Of a DNA stretch of 64,000 bases, positions 35,680-48,910 are shown in pieces. Positions within the stretch are counted from its first letter, which is position 1. Each line of letters opens with the position of its first letter. Under the pieces are notes generated by a model. That model had not been told where the DNA came from. It worked only from the letters and a program-made list of their open reading frames with translations, and ran no database searches. Location of the stretch: positions 14,467,884 through 14,531,883 of the forward strand of contig NC_092371.1 of NCBI RefSeq assembly GCF_030028105.1, read 5' to 3'. Origin of the DNA: Mobula birostris. Lineage: Eukaryota. The position numbers were made by a program, and so were the translations under genes.

Positions 35680-38660
35680 AAAATAGAACATAAAAGGGCC
35701 AGCACAGTTCAGGCCTTTCGGCCCACAATGTTGTACCAACCTTTAAAACCTGCCTCTCATATAACACCCCACATTAAATTCCTCCATATCCATATCGAGT
35801 AGTCCCTTAAATTTCACTAGTTTATCTGCCTCCATCACTGACTCAGGCAGTGCATTCCACGCACCAACCACGCTCTGAGTAAAACACCTTCCTCTAATAT
35901 CCCCCTTGAACTTCCCACCCCTTACCTGAAAGCCATGTCCTCTTGTATTGAGCAGTGGTGCCCTGGGGAAGAGGCGCTGGCTGGCCACTCTATCTATTCC
36001 TCTTAGTATCTTGTACACCTCTATCATGTCTCCTCTTATTCTCCTTCTCTGCAGAGAATAAAGCCCTAGCTCTCTTAATCTCTGATGATAACGCATACTC
36101 TCTGAACCAGGCATCATCCTGGTCAATCTCCTCTGTAAACTTTCCAATGTTTCCACATCCTTCCAAAAGTGACGCGACCAGAACTGGATACACTACTCCA
36201 AGTGTGGCCCAGTCAGAGTTCTACAGAGCTGCATCATTACTCCACGACACTTATACTATATTCCTCGACTTATGAAAGCTAACAGTCCATAAGTTTTCTT
36301 AACTACCCTATCTACCTGTGAGGCTACTTTCAGGGATCTGTGAACATGTACCCCCACACCCCTCTGCTGCTCCACACTACCAAGTATCCCGCCATTTACT
36401 TTGTACTCTGCCTTGGAAGTTGTCCTTCCGTAGTGTACCACCTCACACTTCTCCGGGCTGAGCTCCATCTTCCACTTCTCAGCCCACTTCTGCATCCTAT
36501 CAATGTCTTTCTGCAATCTTCGATAATCGTCTACACTATCCACAACACCACCAACCTTTGTGTCGTCTGCAAACTTGCCAACCACTCTACTACCACCACA
36601 TCCAGGTCGTTAATTAACATCACGAAATGTGTACGACCCAGAACTGAGCCTTGTGGGATACTACTAGTCACAACCCTCCAATCCGAATGTACCCCCTCCA
36701 TCGCGACACTCTGCTTTCTGCAGGCAAGCCAATTCTGAATCCATCTGGCCAAACTTCCCTGGATCCCATGCCTTCTGACTTTCTGAATAAGCCTACCGTG
36801 TGGAACCTTGTCATATGCCATACTACAATTCATTTAGATCACATCCACTGCACTGCCCTCATCTATATGCCTGGTCACCTCCTCAAAGAACTCTATCAGG
36901 CTTGTTAGTCATGACCTGTCCTTCACAAAGCCATGTTGACTGTCCCTGATCAGACCATGAATCTCTAAATGTCCACAGATCCTATCTCTAAGAATCTTTT
37001 CCAACAGCTTTCCCACCACAGACGTAAGGCTGAATGGTCTACAATTACCCGGACTATCGCTACTAACTTTTTCGAACAAGGGGACAACATTCGCCTCCCT
37101 CCAATCCTCCGGTACCATTCCCGTGGGCAACGAGGACACAAAGATCCTAGCCAGAGGATCAGCAATCTTTTCCCTTGCCCCGTGGAGCAGCTTGTGGAAT
37201 ATTCCATCAGGCCCCTGGTACGTATCCGTCCTAACGTATTTGAACAACTCCAACACCTCCTCTCCCTTAATATCAACATGTTGCCGAACATCAACTCACT
37301 CATATTGTCCTCACTGTCATCAAGTTCCCTCTCATTTGTGAAAACCGAAGGGACGTATTCATTGAGGACCACGCTCACTTCCACAGTCTCCAGGCACATC
37401 TTCCCACCTTTATCTCGAATCGATACTATCTTTACTCCTGTCATCCTTTTGTTTTTCAAATTATTGAAGAATGCCTTGTGGTTTTCCTTTACCCTTCTCG
37501 CCAGGGCCTTCTCCGTGCCCCTTTCTTGCTCTCCTCAGCCCCTTCTTAAGCTCCCTTCTGGCTACCCTATATTACTCAATAGACCCATCTGATCCTTGCT
37601 TCCTAAAACTCATGTATGCTGCCTTCTTCCACCTGACTAGATTCTCCAACTTACTTGTCACCCATGGTTCCTTCAGCCTACCATTCTTTATCTTCCTCAC
37701 CGGGACAAATGTATCCATAACACCCTGCAAGATATCCCTTAACATCGATCACATTTCCATAGTACCTTTCCCTGCAAAAACATCATTCCAATTCACACCC
37801 TCAAGTTCTCGCCTTATAGCCTCAAAACTGCCCTTCACCAATTAAAAAATTTCCTACCCTCTCTGATCGTATCCTTTTCCATGATAACGTTAAAAACGGT
37901 GGTCACTGTCCCCCGGATTCTCACCCACTGAGAAATCTGTGACTTGACCCAATTTTTTACCTCATACAAGATCTAGTTTGGCATTCCCCCTCGCTGGTCT
38001 GTCAACAGACTGTGACAGGAATCCGTCCTGGACACACTTAACAAACGCTGCTCCGTCTAAACCATTGGAACTAATCAGGTGCCAATCAATATTAGGGAAG
38101 TTAAAGTCACCCATGGTAACAACCCTGTTATTTTGCACCTTTCCAAAATATGCCTCCCTTCCTGTTCCGGACTTCTACCCATGCTAACTCAAAAGAGGAT
38201 CCTGCCACATGACCTACCCTTTCTGTAGCTGTAATAGTACCCCTGATCAGTAATGCAACCTCGTCCCTTTTTCTCCCACTCTCTCTCCCTTTTAAAGCAC
38301 TGAAATCCAGGAACATTGAGAATTAATTCTTGCCCTGGTGCCAGCCAAGTCTCTGAAATTGTCACTGCATTATAATTCCATGCATGTATCCAAGCTCTCA
38401 GTTCATCACCTTTGTTCCTGATGCTTCTTGCAGTGAAGTACACGCACGTTAACCCTTCTACCTTATTATCTTTACACCTTTTATTCTGTTTCCTTTCCTC
38501 AAAGCCTCTTTATATGTTAGATCTGGCTTTACTTCATGCACCATACTTGCAGTTCTCGCAAGACCTTTATCCTCCTCCACCTCACTATGTGCTCTAACAC
38601 TCTGGTTCCCCTCCCCGCTGCAAATCTAGTTTAAAACCCCCGGAACAGCACTGGCAAATC
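35680..38660 (-). mobile_element. CR1 LINE, most of ORF2 (APE plus RT), disrupted
   Basis: ARSIRNKGDELRAWI..WNYNAVTISETW (APE); NCRPFSLTSVVGKLLE, QGSVLG, GKFADDTK, RRIRGDMIEVYK (RT); frameshifts and stops; 3' tail near 35680. Confidence 0.92.
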
Positions 38661-38994
38661 TGCCGGAGTTCTGAGTTTTTCAGCATCTGGTGATTCTCTT
38701 GTGCGATTCTTCTTCCTGTTAACCCTTACTGCATCATAGGCCACTGACAGCATCTTTACAGAATCTTCTGCCGTGTGACAGTCTATCAAATTGTCCCCAG
38801 GTGGAGCTCATCTTCGAAGAACTTTGCCCATACATGGTTATGGCCTTTTGAACTTCTGTTGGCGTATCTGTAGCTATGTGGTTTTATGGGATGGGGGTGT
38901 TAGTCCCATGTCCAAGCCTCAGTGTTTCTCTACCGGTCGTGAGGCCACCCCTGTTGAAGTTTAGCTGGTGCTTCTGCTTTCAAGTAACTCATAA

Positions 38995-40720
38995 GAACAT
39001 AGGAGCAGGAGTAGGCCATCTGGCACGTTAAGCCTGCTCGCCATTCAATAAGAACATGGCAACTTGGCCATAAACTCATCTCCATCTACCTGCCTTTTGA
39101 CAACAACCCTTAATTCCCTTACGATGCAAAATACATCCGACCTTCTCTTAAATATATTTGCTGAGGCAGCCTCCATTGCTTCATTGGGTAGAGAATTCCA
39201 CAGCTTTTCTGCACCGCCTCCAAAGCCAGTATATCTTTCCTCACCAGTACCTTGTACAGTTGCAGCATTCTCTTCCTGCTCTGAAATGCAATCCCTCCAT
39301 CAATGAAGTCCAACGGTCCATTTGCCTTCTTAATAGCATGCTGCACCTGCAAACCAACCTTTTATGATTCATGTACACACTCCTGTCCCTTTTTGCACAA
39401 TGAAAGTTTTAACCCTTTAAATAATAATCTGCTCTTTCGTTTTCCTTTCCAAGTTGATGACCTCGCATTTATCAAAATTGTACTCCATCTTCCGCCTTGC
39501 ACACTCACTTAACAAATCTATACCTTTCTACATACTCTCTGTATCTCCGCACAATTTGTTTTTTCCACTCAATTAGTAGAATCAGCAAACTTAGATACAC
39601 TGCACTCGGTCCCCTCTTCCAGATCCTTAATGTCTATCATGAACATTTGAGAGCCCAGCACCAACCCCTGCGGCACACCGCTCACCACTGATTGTTAACA
39701 ACAGAAACACCCATGTTACCTGCTCTCTGCTTTCTATTAGTTAATCAATCCTCTGTCTATAGTAATATTTCATCCTAGACTCAATGCATCCTTATCTTAT
39801 AGATTGTCTTTTTTGAGGCACCTTATCGATCGCCTTCTGGAATCCAAATAATTAACGTCCATCTGTTCCCCTCTATCCACTGCGCACGTTACATCCTTAA
39901 AGAACCCCAGTACATTTGTCAAACAGGACCTGCCTTTGCTGAATCCATGCTGCGTCTGCCTGATTGATCCATTCGTTTCCATATCGTCTTTATGGATAGT
40001 GTCAACCATTTCCCCAACTACAGATGTTAAACTAACTGGCCTATAGGCACCTGTCTTTTCCCTACATCCTTTTTTGAACAGTGGCGTGACGTACGCCGAC
40101 TTCCAAGCCGCCGGGATATGCCCAGGGTCCAGGGAATTTTGCTAAATTATCATTAAAGTCTCTACTGTAACTTCTGATATTTCTTGCAGTACCCTGGGAA
40201 TCATTCCATCAGGACCAGGAGACTTGTCTATTTTTAGGCCCCCAACTTTGCTCAACACTACCGTTTTAGTGATAGCTATCGTATTGAGGTTCCCCCTCCC
40301 ATCGCATCCATAACATCTCTTTTTGGCATGTTAGACATATTCTGTACCGTGAATACAAAGACACCATAGTCCTTTATAGCTTATGCGATACTTTTCTCAG
40401 TACAGGACCCAATATCAATTCCCCTTTCTCGTCCTCCAAGGGACCTACGTTCACTTTAGCTATCCTTTCCGCTTTATATAATTATACCAAATTTACTATA
40501 CGTTTTTATATTTCCTGCTAGTTTATATTCATAATCTAGCTTCCCTTTCTCGCTTCGTTGTTCTTTGTTGTTTTTTAAAGAGTCCCCAATCTTCCGTTTC
40601 CCACTAGTCTTGGCGACTTTTTACGCACAACCTTTTAATTTGTTGCCTTCTTTTACTTCCTCACTTATCCAAGGCTGGCTTTCCCCGCCCTTACTTTCTT
40701 TGCTTTTAACTGGAATATAC
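38995..40720 (-). mobile_element. CR1 LINE (different subfamily), decayed RT region
   Basis: SIRQTQHGFSKGRSCLTNVLGFFKDVTCAVDRGEQMDVNYLD; QVQHAIKKANG...; 3' end ctactcctgctcctatgttcttatg. Confidence 0.8.
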
Positions 40721-40922
40721 GTTTGTTGAACACCTCTGCGTTGAACTCGCTCTCACTTCTCTCCATGCCACCCATCGATATCTATTTCCGTTTCTTTCCT
40801 TGTCGTGTGACCACCTAGTTTTGTATTGAATCCGGTGCTATTGTTCACCGCCGCGTGCGAGTTGCGCATTGTTCTCGATCTGAAAGTTTTAAATATTTCC
40901 CTTTTTCCACGTTGAATGTATT

Positions 40923-41720
40923 TGTCACGGTCATGATCGGCTATTCCCTGGTTTCGTTTAAATTTCCTTTGTGTCACGATCGGGACCGTTGACTCCTTGT
41001 TTCCCTTTAATTCATTGTTTCCCGTGTTTCTTGGGCTCTGTAATTAAAGGCACTTGATTCTCAGCTGAACGAGCAGTATTTAGTTTCCGGCTTACAGCTA
41101 CTCGGCGCGAGATCGTCAGTTTACGTCATCGAAGCAAGTGCGAGCAAGTCACCTTACCGGAGCGAGCCAAGTCACATCGCCGGAGCAAGTCAAGTCTTCT
41201 CCCCGAAACGAGTGCCAGTAAGTCGCCTCGGCTCGCCGGAGTCAGCCCGTAAAGTTACCTCGCTTGAGCGAGCAGCTAAGCTACCTCGCCGGAGCGGGTC
41301 CGTCAAGTCCACCCGCCGGAGTGAGACAAGAGCCGGTGTCTGTAGTTTCTGGGCCGCATCAAGAGCTCGAAGTTACTTGGATCCATTTCCTGTCATATTA
41401 AAGAATTGTCTATCGTTGTGTGGTTTTGTCGCCTCGTGTCCTCGCTTCCGCAGGGTAGCTCCGGCCTTTTGCCGCTATTTTGAGTTGGGAGCTGTCTCTT
41501 CGTCTCCTCGCCTCCGCAGTGTAGGTCCAGCCGTTTACTGTTACCCTGAGTTGGGAAGTGTCTCTTCGTGTCCTCGCCACCGCATGGTAGGTCCGGCCGT
41601 TTGCCGCTACTATAAATTGGGAATGTCTCTTGGTGTCCTCGGCTCCCCAGTGTAGGTCAGGTAGTTTGCGACTAGCCTGAGTTGGGTACGGTCTTTTCGT
41701 GCTCTGTGTTTTGTATCCTG
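40923..41720 (+). mobile_element. 5' part of an LTR related to the TGTCATGG family, running into the 32-bp minisatellite
   Basis: TGTCACG start(s) at 40923/40972; gtaggtccggccgtttgccgcta and ttgggaactgtctc motifs shared with the LTR at 45440-45640; no 3' terminus found. Confidence 0.6.
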
Positions 41721-44335
41721 TGTCTAATAAGAGTCCCGGTTCTGTGTCCTGTCTCCAAGGAAGAGTACTGGCTCTGTTTCCAGCGTCCAAGAGGAATCCC
41801 GGCACTGTGTCCTGTGTCCCAAAAGAGTCACGTCTCTGTGTCCTGCGTCCAAGGAAGAGTCCCGGCCCTGTGTGCTGCGACCAAGGAGAGTCCCGGCCCT
41901 GTGCCCTGCGTCCAAGGGAGAGTCCCGGCCGTGTGTCCTCCGTCCAAGGGAGAGTCCCGGCCGTGTGTCCTCCGTCCAAGGGAGAGTCCCGGCCATGTGT
42001 CCTCCGTCCAAGGGAGAGTCCCGGCCATGTGTCCTCCGTCCAAGGGAGAGTCCCGGCCCGGTGTCCTCCGTCCAAGGGAGAGTCCCGGCCCGGTGTCCTC
42101 CGTCCAAGGGAGAGTCCCGGCCCGGTGTCCTCCGTCCAAGGGAGAGTCCCGGCCCGGTGTCCTCCGTCCAAGGGAGAGTCCCGGCCCGGTGTCCTCCGTC
42201 CAAGGGAGAGTCCCGGCCCGGTGTCCTCCGTCCAAGGGAGAGTCCCGGCCCGGTGTCCTCCGTCCAGGGGAGAGTCCCGGCCCGGTGTCCTCCGTCCAAG
42301 GGAGAGTCCCGGCCCGGTGTCCTCCGTCCAGGGGAGAGTCCCGGCCCGGTGTCCTCCGTCCAAGGGAGAGTCCCGGCCCGGTGTCCTCCGTCCAGGGGAG
42401 AGTCCCGGCCCGGTGTCCTCCGTCCAGGGGAGAGTCCCGGCCCGGTGTCCTCCGTCCAGGGGAGAGTCCCGGCCCGGTGTCCTCCGTCCAAGGGAGAGTC
42501 CCGGCCCGGTGTCCTCCGTCCAGGGGAGAGTCCCGGCCCGGTGTCCTCCGTCCAGGGGAGAGTCCCGGCCCGGTGTCCTCCGTCCAGGGGAGAGTCCCGG
42601 CCCTGTGTCCTCCGTCCAAGGGAGAGTCCCGGCCCGGTGTCCTCCGTCCAAGGGGGAGTCCCGGCCCTGTGTCCTCCGTCCAAGGGGGAGTCCCGGCCCT
42701 GTGTCCTCCGTCCAAGGGGGAGTCCCGGCCCTGTGTCCTCCGTCCAAGGGGGAGTCCCGGCCCTGTGTCCTCCGTCCAAGGGGGAGTCCCGGCCCTGTGT
42801 CCTCCGTCCAAGGGGGAGTCCCGGCCCGGTGTCCTCCGTCCAAGGGAGAGTCCCGGCCCGGTGTCCTCCGTCCAAGGGAGAGTCCCGGCCCTGTGTCCTG
42901 CGTCCTGCGCCCGGAATAGTCCCGGCCCGGTGTCCTCCGTCTAAGGGAGAGTCCCGGCCCGGTGTCCTCCGTCCTGCGCCCGGAATAGTCCCGGCCCGGT
43001 GTCCTCCGTCCTGCGCCCGGAATAGTCCCGGCCCGGTGTCCTCCGTCCTGCGCCCGGAATAGTCCCGGCCCGGTGTCCTCCGTCCAAGGGAGAGTCCCGG
43101 CCCGGTGTCCTCCGTCCAAGGGAGAGTCCCGGCCCGGTGTCCTCCGTCCAGCGCCCGGAATAGTCCCGGCCCTGTGTCCTGCGTCCTGCGCCCGGAATAG
43201 TCCCGGCCCTGTGTCCTCCGTCCAAGGGAGAGTCCCGGCCCAGTGTCCTCCGTCCAAAGGAGAGTCCCGGCCCAGTGTCCTCCGTCCAAGGGAGAGTCCC
43301 GGCCCTATGTCCTCCGTCGAAGGGAGAGTCCCGGCCCGGTGTCCTCCGTCCTGCGCCCGGAATAGTCCCGGCACAGTGTCCTCCGTCCAAGGGAGAGTCC
43401 CGGCCCAGTGTCCTCCGTCCAAGGGAGAGTCCCGGCCCAGTGTCCTCTGTCCAAGGGAGAGTCCCGGCCCAGTGTCCTCCGTCCAAGGGAGAGTCCCGGC
43501 CCTGTGTCCTCCGTCCAAGGGAGAGTCCCGGCCCTGTGTCCTGCGTCCTGCGCCCGGAATAGTCCCGGCCCTGTGTCCTCCGTCCAAGGGGGAGTCCCGG
43601 CCCAGTGTCCTCCGTCCAAGGGGGAGTCCCGGCCCTGTGTCCTCCGTCCAAGGGGGAGTCCCGGCCCTGTGTCCTCCGTCCAAGGGAGAGTCCCGGCCCG
43701 GTGTCCTCCGTCCAAGGGAGAGTCCCGGCCCGGTGTCCTCCGTCCTGCGCCCGGAATAGTCCCGGCCCAGTGTCCTCCGTCCAAGGGAGAGTCCCGGCCC
43801 TGTGTCCTCCGTCCAAGGGAGAGTCCCGGCCCTGTGTCCTGCGTCCTGCGCCCGGAATAGTCCCGGCCCTGTGTCCTCCGTCCAAGGGGGAGTCCCGGGC
43901 CGGTGTCCTCCGTCCAAGGGGGAGTCCCGGCCCGGTGTCCTCCGTCCAAGGGAGAGTCCCGGCCCGGTGTCCTCCGTCCTGCGCCCGGAATAGTCCCGGC
44001 CCAGTGTCCTCCGTCCAAGGGAGAGTCCCGGCCCTGTGTCCTCCGTCCAAGGAAGAGTCCCGGCCCTGTGTCCTCCGTCCAAGGGAGAGTCCCGGCCCTG
44101 TGTCCTGCGTCCTGCGCCCGGAATAGTCCCGGCCCAGTGTCCTCCGTCCAAGGGGGAGTCCCGGCCCAGTGTCCTCCGTCCAAGGGGGAGTCCCGGCCCA
44201 GTGTCCTCCGTCCAAGGGGGAGTCCCGGCCCTGTGTTCTCCGTCCAAGGGGGAGTCCCGGCCCTGTGTCCTCCGTCCAAGGGGGAGTCCCGGCCCTGTGT
44301 CCTCCGTCCAAGGGAGAGTCCCGGCCCTGTGTCTG
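41720..44335. repeat. 32-bp GC-rich minisatellite (gtgtcctccgtccaagggagagtcccggcccg)n with a 37-bp variant unit
   Basis: Roughly 80 units; degenerate units at 41720-41920, near-perfect block 42020-42600, mixed with cctgcgcccggaatagtcccggcccggtgtcctccgt from ~42890; abrupt end at ~44335. Confidence 0.97.
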
Positions 44336-44514
44336 AGACCGACTTCCCTTGCAATGGTTCATAAACGCTATTTTTGTTGCGCTACAAAACGTATTTTTGT
44401 CCAGCAGTTGTGTCCACCCATACTCTGCACTTGTGGCCGTATTAGGGGGTTATCCTTATGATCGCTCCTCCAATAAGTCTTGCAGTCAGCCACTATTCTC
44501 ATGCTTATCGAAAA

Positions 44515-44690
44515 CACACGATAATCAGCAGATGTTGGAAATCCGGAGCAACACATACATAATGCTGGACGAACTCATTAAGTCAGGCAGCGTTTATGGG
44601 GATGTCCTGATGAAGGGGCTGGGACTGTTCAGTCCCCTGCATAGATACAGTCTGATCTGCTAAATTCCTTCAGCACTTTGTGTGTGCGCG
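44515..44690. mobile_element. Short Penelope-derived palindromic repeat
   Basis: cagcagatgttggaaatcc...aatgctggacgaactc...cctgatgaaggg...ctgctaaattccttcagcactttgtgtg, same motifs as the PLE terminus at 31090-31210. Confidence 0.55.
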
Positions 44691-45021
44691 TTTGATAAAG
44701 TTGGTTTCCTCTTTGGAATTTTTTTGTTATTCGGTATCATCTCCAAGTTCTAGTACCGCCTTGATAAAACTCTTTCGGCGGTACCTTTTCGAAAGCCTGT
44801 AATATTGTGCAGATCAGAACCAGAGGGCTTCATGGAAATACATGTAACTTTCTTAATCTTCAGTGAATTGTTTTCCTTTTGTGGATAGTTGGATGAGAGC
44901 TGTGGGTCGGCTAAGAGGGAGAAACCTTGGGACCGTAACATTATTAGCAATTCATTCTTTGATCCGTACGTTGATAATTACACCGGGGTTTACCCCCTTC
45001 AGTCTGCACCTCACTAAATGC

Positions 45022-46443
45022 TGTCATGGTCCGTTCCGTGATGTCCGGATTCCAGTTCACGGTCCGCTCCTTCGATCCATATTCCTTGTTTTCCGGCTTT
45101 CCATTGTTTTGTTGGGTGTTCTAATTAAGGCACATGATTCTCGTTTGGGCAGACGCATAAATACCTCCGAGATCAGGGCTTGGCTGCTGTATTGTTCCTG
45201 TCCAAACCTCCTGTCTGAATCCCTTCTCTGCCCCATCCTCCTGAAGCCTTGCCCTGCAACCAGTGTCTGAAGCCTTGCCTCGCCTGAAACATTGCCTCAC
45301 CTTGCCTCGACTGAAGCCTTGCCTCGCTTGAAGCCTTACCTCGCCTGTAACCCTCACCTGCAATCTTCGCCAGCACCGCTGTCAGGTTCTACAGCCGGAG
45401 CAAAATAAGGAACTGTCTATCGTTGTTTTGTACTGTCTCTGTGTCCACACCTTCACTAGGTAGGAACGGCCGTTTGCCCCTACCTACTGTTGAGGACCGT
45501 CTCTGTGTCCATGCCTTTGCTAGGTAGGTCTGGCCGTTTGCGGCGACCATGTGTTGGGAACTGTCTCTTATTGCCCTCGCCTCCGCTGGGTAGGTCCAGC
45601 AGTTTGCCGCTACCTTGAGTGAAAACCGTCTCTTCGTGTTCTCTGGATGAGTGCCGGCCCTACGTCCTATTTCAAAGGAAGGGTCCCGGCTCTGTGTTCC
45701 ATGTTCCTGTCTCCCTCGACCAAGGCTCTTCTTTCCTGTTTCCCTCGATCAAGTCAAGGCGTCGTGTTCTCGCACTGTCCATGTGCCTCGCCCAGCCTGG
45801 TGCTGGGGTTCCCTCATCCTGTCCGGGAGTACTTCGTCCTGTCCCAGTGCAGACTTTATGTTCTCGTCCTGTCCACGTGACTGGTCCTGCGCAGGAGTTC
45901 CACGTCCTGTTCTGTAGCCATGTCTTGTCCTCGCCTAGTTCCGTAGTCCGAACCCGAGTCAAGATCCAGGTTCTGGGTCCTAGTCCAGTCTCCGGCTCGG
46001 AGACTGAACCCTAGCCTCGTCATGTTTTCGCTTCGAGGAACCCAAGCCTCGTCATTTCCTCGCCTCGAGGAACTCAAGCCTCGTAATGTCTTCGCCTCGA
46101 GGAACCTAAGCCACGAAGAACCCAAACCTCGAGGAACCTAAGCTATGCCCAGCCCGGTAGCCACGTGATGTGCTCGCCTCGTTCCGCGGTCCGAGCCCGA
46201 GTCAAGTCCCAGGTTCAGAGTCCTTAACCAGTCTCTGGCTCGGAGTCCAAGCCCAGGGTCCCAGTTCCCAGTTCCCAGTCCTGGTCCCGCTTGCCTAGCC
46301 AATGCCCTAGCCCAAGTCTGTGTTCTTGTCCCAGCTCCTCGATGGCATCCAGTCACGTCTCTAACTCTAGTCCTGTCCTGTTCCTAGTACTTCAATGCCT
46401 GTGTCTTACATTTCGGTCCGCCACCAGCGCCCTCGTTCTGACA
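45022..46443 (+). mobile_element. Solo LTR of the TGTCATGGTCC family, 1422 bp
   Basis: TGTCATGGTCC...cagcgccctcgttcTGACA; near-TSD AATGC/AATAC; internal short tandem arrays at 45270-45350 and 46020-46145. Confidence 0.85.
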
Positions 46444-46559
46444 AATACAGTGTATTAATTTGCAATTACATTTGTCACGCTGGCTTTCATACACTCAATA
46501 TTTATTTTTATTTTACATTTTAAAGTGTCCACTAAGTGCATGTTGGTGTTTTTGAATTT

Positions 46560-46830
46560 TGCAGCACTTCAGGTTTCGACCTGTTGTGCGTTCATAAACG
46601 CTCTTCTCCATACTACTGTTGTAACGTGTGGCTATTTGTTGAAATATTGTCGCCTTCCTGCCAGCTTGAACCAGTGTGTCTATTTTCCTCTAATCTCTCT
46701 CAGAATCAAGGAGTTGGCGTCCACAAAATTGCCGCGCACACGATGTTTTTATTTGTTTTCCTTTCCAGACTCCGTAAGCTCCAGAGACTTGTTTATGAAA
46801 ATCCTTGGAGATCAGTAGTTACCGAAATAT
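46560..46830 (-). mobile_element. Tc1/mariner-like fragment
   Basis: Reverse complement of the motif set at 58965-59230 (ctccagagacttgtttatgaaaatccttggagatcagtagttaccgaaat). Confidence 0.55.
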
Positions 46831-47559
46831 GTTATTAAATTGGAAAGAGTGCAGAAAAGATTTAGAAGGATGTTAGGTCTTGCGGGACTTACACGGATAC
46901 GTTAGACAGGCCAGGATACGTTCCTTAAAACGTGGGAGACTGAGAAGTGATCTGATAGTAGGTGTAAAATCACGAAGTGCAAATATATAGTGAAAATCTT
47001 TATTCAGAGTTAGCTTATCAATAAATGGAGGGCTTAGGTGTCAGGTGATGGGGAAATAGGAAAGAACTTTATGGGCAACATTTTACACAAAGGGTGGTAT
47101 CTACGTGGAATTGGTTGCGAGGGGTACAATGAAAACTTTAAAAGGACATTTAAAGGTACGTACATAGGTATTGTTGATAGGGATATAATTCAAGTAAGGC
47201 AAGTGGAACATATTTGTTTGGACCTCCTTGTTCAGTATGGACCAGTTGGACTGAAAGACCTGTTTGCGTGCTGTGTGATGCTGTGATTCTATGACTCTGC
47301 TTATTTGATGCCTATTTATATAGCTCACAGTCATTTTTCATATACCTATGAGAGATGGTTTGGGCTTGATGACAATTTCTATGCATCCATTCTGAAAATG
47401 TGGGCAACGATGCGAAGAGACGATCATGTACTTTCATAGCGCCTTTCATGTCCTGAATGCTGCCCAGAGACTTTGCTTTTCTCTTGCGTGTTCTAAGACG
47501 TGCGAGTCAATGGCAAGATCATGATTGGGTGACTGTTAGGAGAAATGTAAAGGTGAATA

Positions 47560-48530
47560 GGCAGTTAGCATAGAGCACCCCTGTGGCAATTCCCCTTAAT
47601 AATAAGTATAGCGCTTTGGATGCTGTTGTGGGGGATGACCTCCCCGGAGAATGCCACGGAGACCGGGTTATTGGCTCTGAGCATGGGTCCATGGTTCAGA
47701 AGGGAAAGAAGAAGAACAGGGGAGCGGTGTGCAAGGACGAGGCTGAAAACGAACACAAGTGCAGGACACAGGCGCAGAGATAGAGCTGTGAGGCGTTCGT
47801 CCCGCTCCGAACGGGGAACCGGTATCCAGGAGAGTCTTTAAAGGGAGACAAGGTTTATGTAGTGTATCTAGGAAAAGATGCGGAGTTTAGAACTGGCAGT
47901 CCCAGGGAATCAGGAAACGAGGTTTACTCACACTAGAGTCGATTAACGAACTGGCCAAGCATGGCTGTACCGCCTGAGACTTATCCATTTTTCGCTAATG
48001 TGAACCAGGCGTGCTGTAGTTAGTGGAACTAGGAATGATTGGAATCAGACGAGACGATTAAGGCCCAATTAAGACAAGGAATTTTCAGACGGAACCATGA
48101 CAAGCGGTAGAGATAGAGGATCCAATGGTCAGGCGAACAGACAGGAGTTTCAGTGGACGTGAACAGGACACGCGAATGGTATGTTGCCTCTCAGATGCCA
48201 CAGTCAGGGACGTCTCTAATCACGTCAAAATATTTTTGGAGAGCGGGGGAGAGCAGCAGATGTCTTGGTACATATTGGTGCAAATGAGATCTGAAGGAAA
48301 AGCGGAGAGGTCCTGAAAAGAGAATTTAGAGAACTAGACGGAAGCTGAGAAGCAGGACCTCAAGCATAATAATGTTTTGAATTGCTGCCTGTGCCATGCG
48401 CTAGTGAAGGTAGAAACAGGATGCTTTGGTAATTAATGTGTGGATGAGAAGCTGGTGCATGGGGCATATCTTCAGGAACATTGGGATCTCCTCTGGGGGA
48501 GGTATGACCTGTTCAAAATAATATTGTTAG
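47560..48530 (+). mobile_element. CR1 ORF1 esterase fragment split by a solo LTR
   Basis: AIPLNNKYSALDAV...GSMVQKG; VRRTDRSFSGREQDTRMVCCLSDATVRDV; homologous to ORF1 at 62245-62775. Confidence 0.8.
47728..48102. mobile_element. Solo LTR, 375 bp
   Basis: TGTG...CCATGACA with exact 5-bp TSD AGCGG (47723-47727 and 48103-48107). Confidence 0.85.
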
Positions 48531-48539
48531 CTGTCTTAA

Positions 48540-48910
48540 AGACTATCGCCCGGTAGCACTCTCATCTACAGTGATCAAATGATGAAATATCATGAGTACA
48601 CTGAACTCGTGCCTTAGCAAGTTTCTGGACCAATTTCAATTTGCCTAACGCCACAATAAGTCAACGGCAGATGCAATCTCAGTGGCTCCTCACACGGTTT
48701 AGACCGCCTGGACAACACAGACACCTACGTCATTCTGCTGTTCATCGACTATAGCTCAGCATTTAATACCATCATTCCCAGAATCCTGAACGAGAAGTTG
48801 CAGGACCTGGGCTTCTGTACCTCCCTCTGCATTTGGCTCCTAGATTTCCTTACCGGAAGGCAGCAATCTGTGCCGTTTGCTGATATCAGCTCCTCCTCGC
48901 TGACGATCAT
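48540..48910 (+). mobile_element. Rex1/Babar-like RT fragment
   Basis: [19 protein letters not shown]...[30 protein letters not shown]. Confidence 0.85.

Noticed and set aside
41920-44335. Possible CRISPR-like array
   Set aside because: Units are contiguous with no unique spacers, the DNA is vertebrate and there are no cas genes.
41410-44364. Very long overlapping ORFs (up to 945 aa) on both strands
   Set aside because: They are translations of a 32-bp tandem repeat lacking stop codons; three units give the 32-aa period seen in every frame. No evidence of a real protein.
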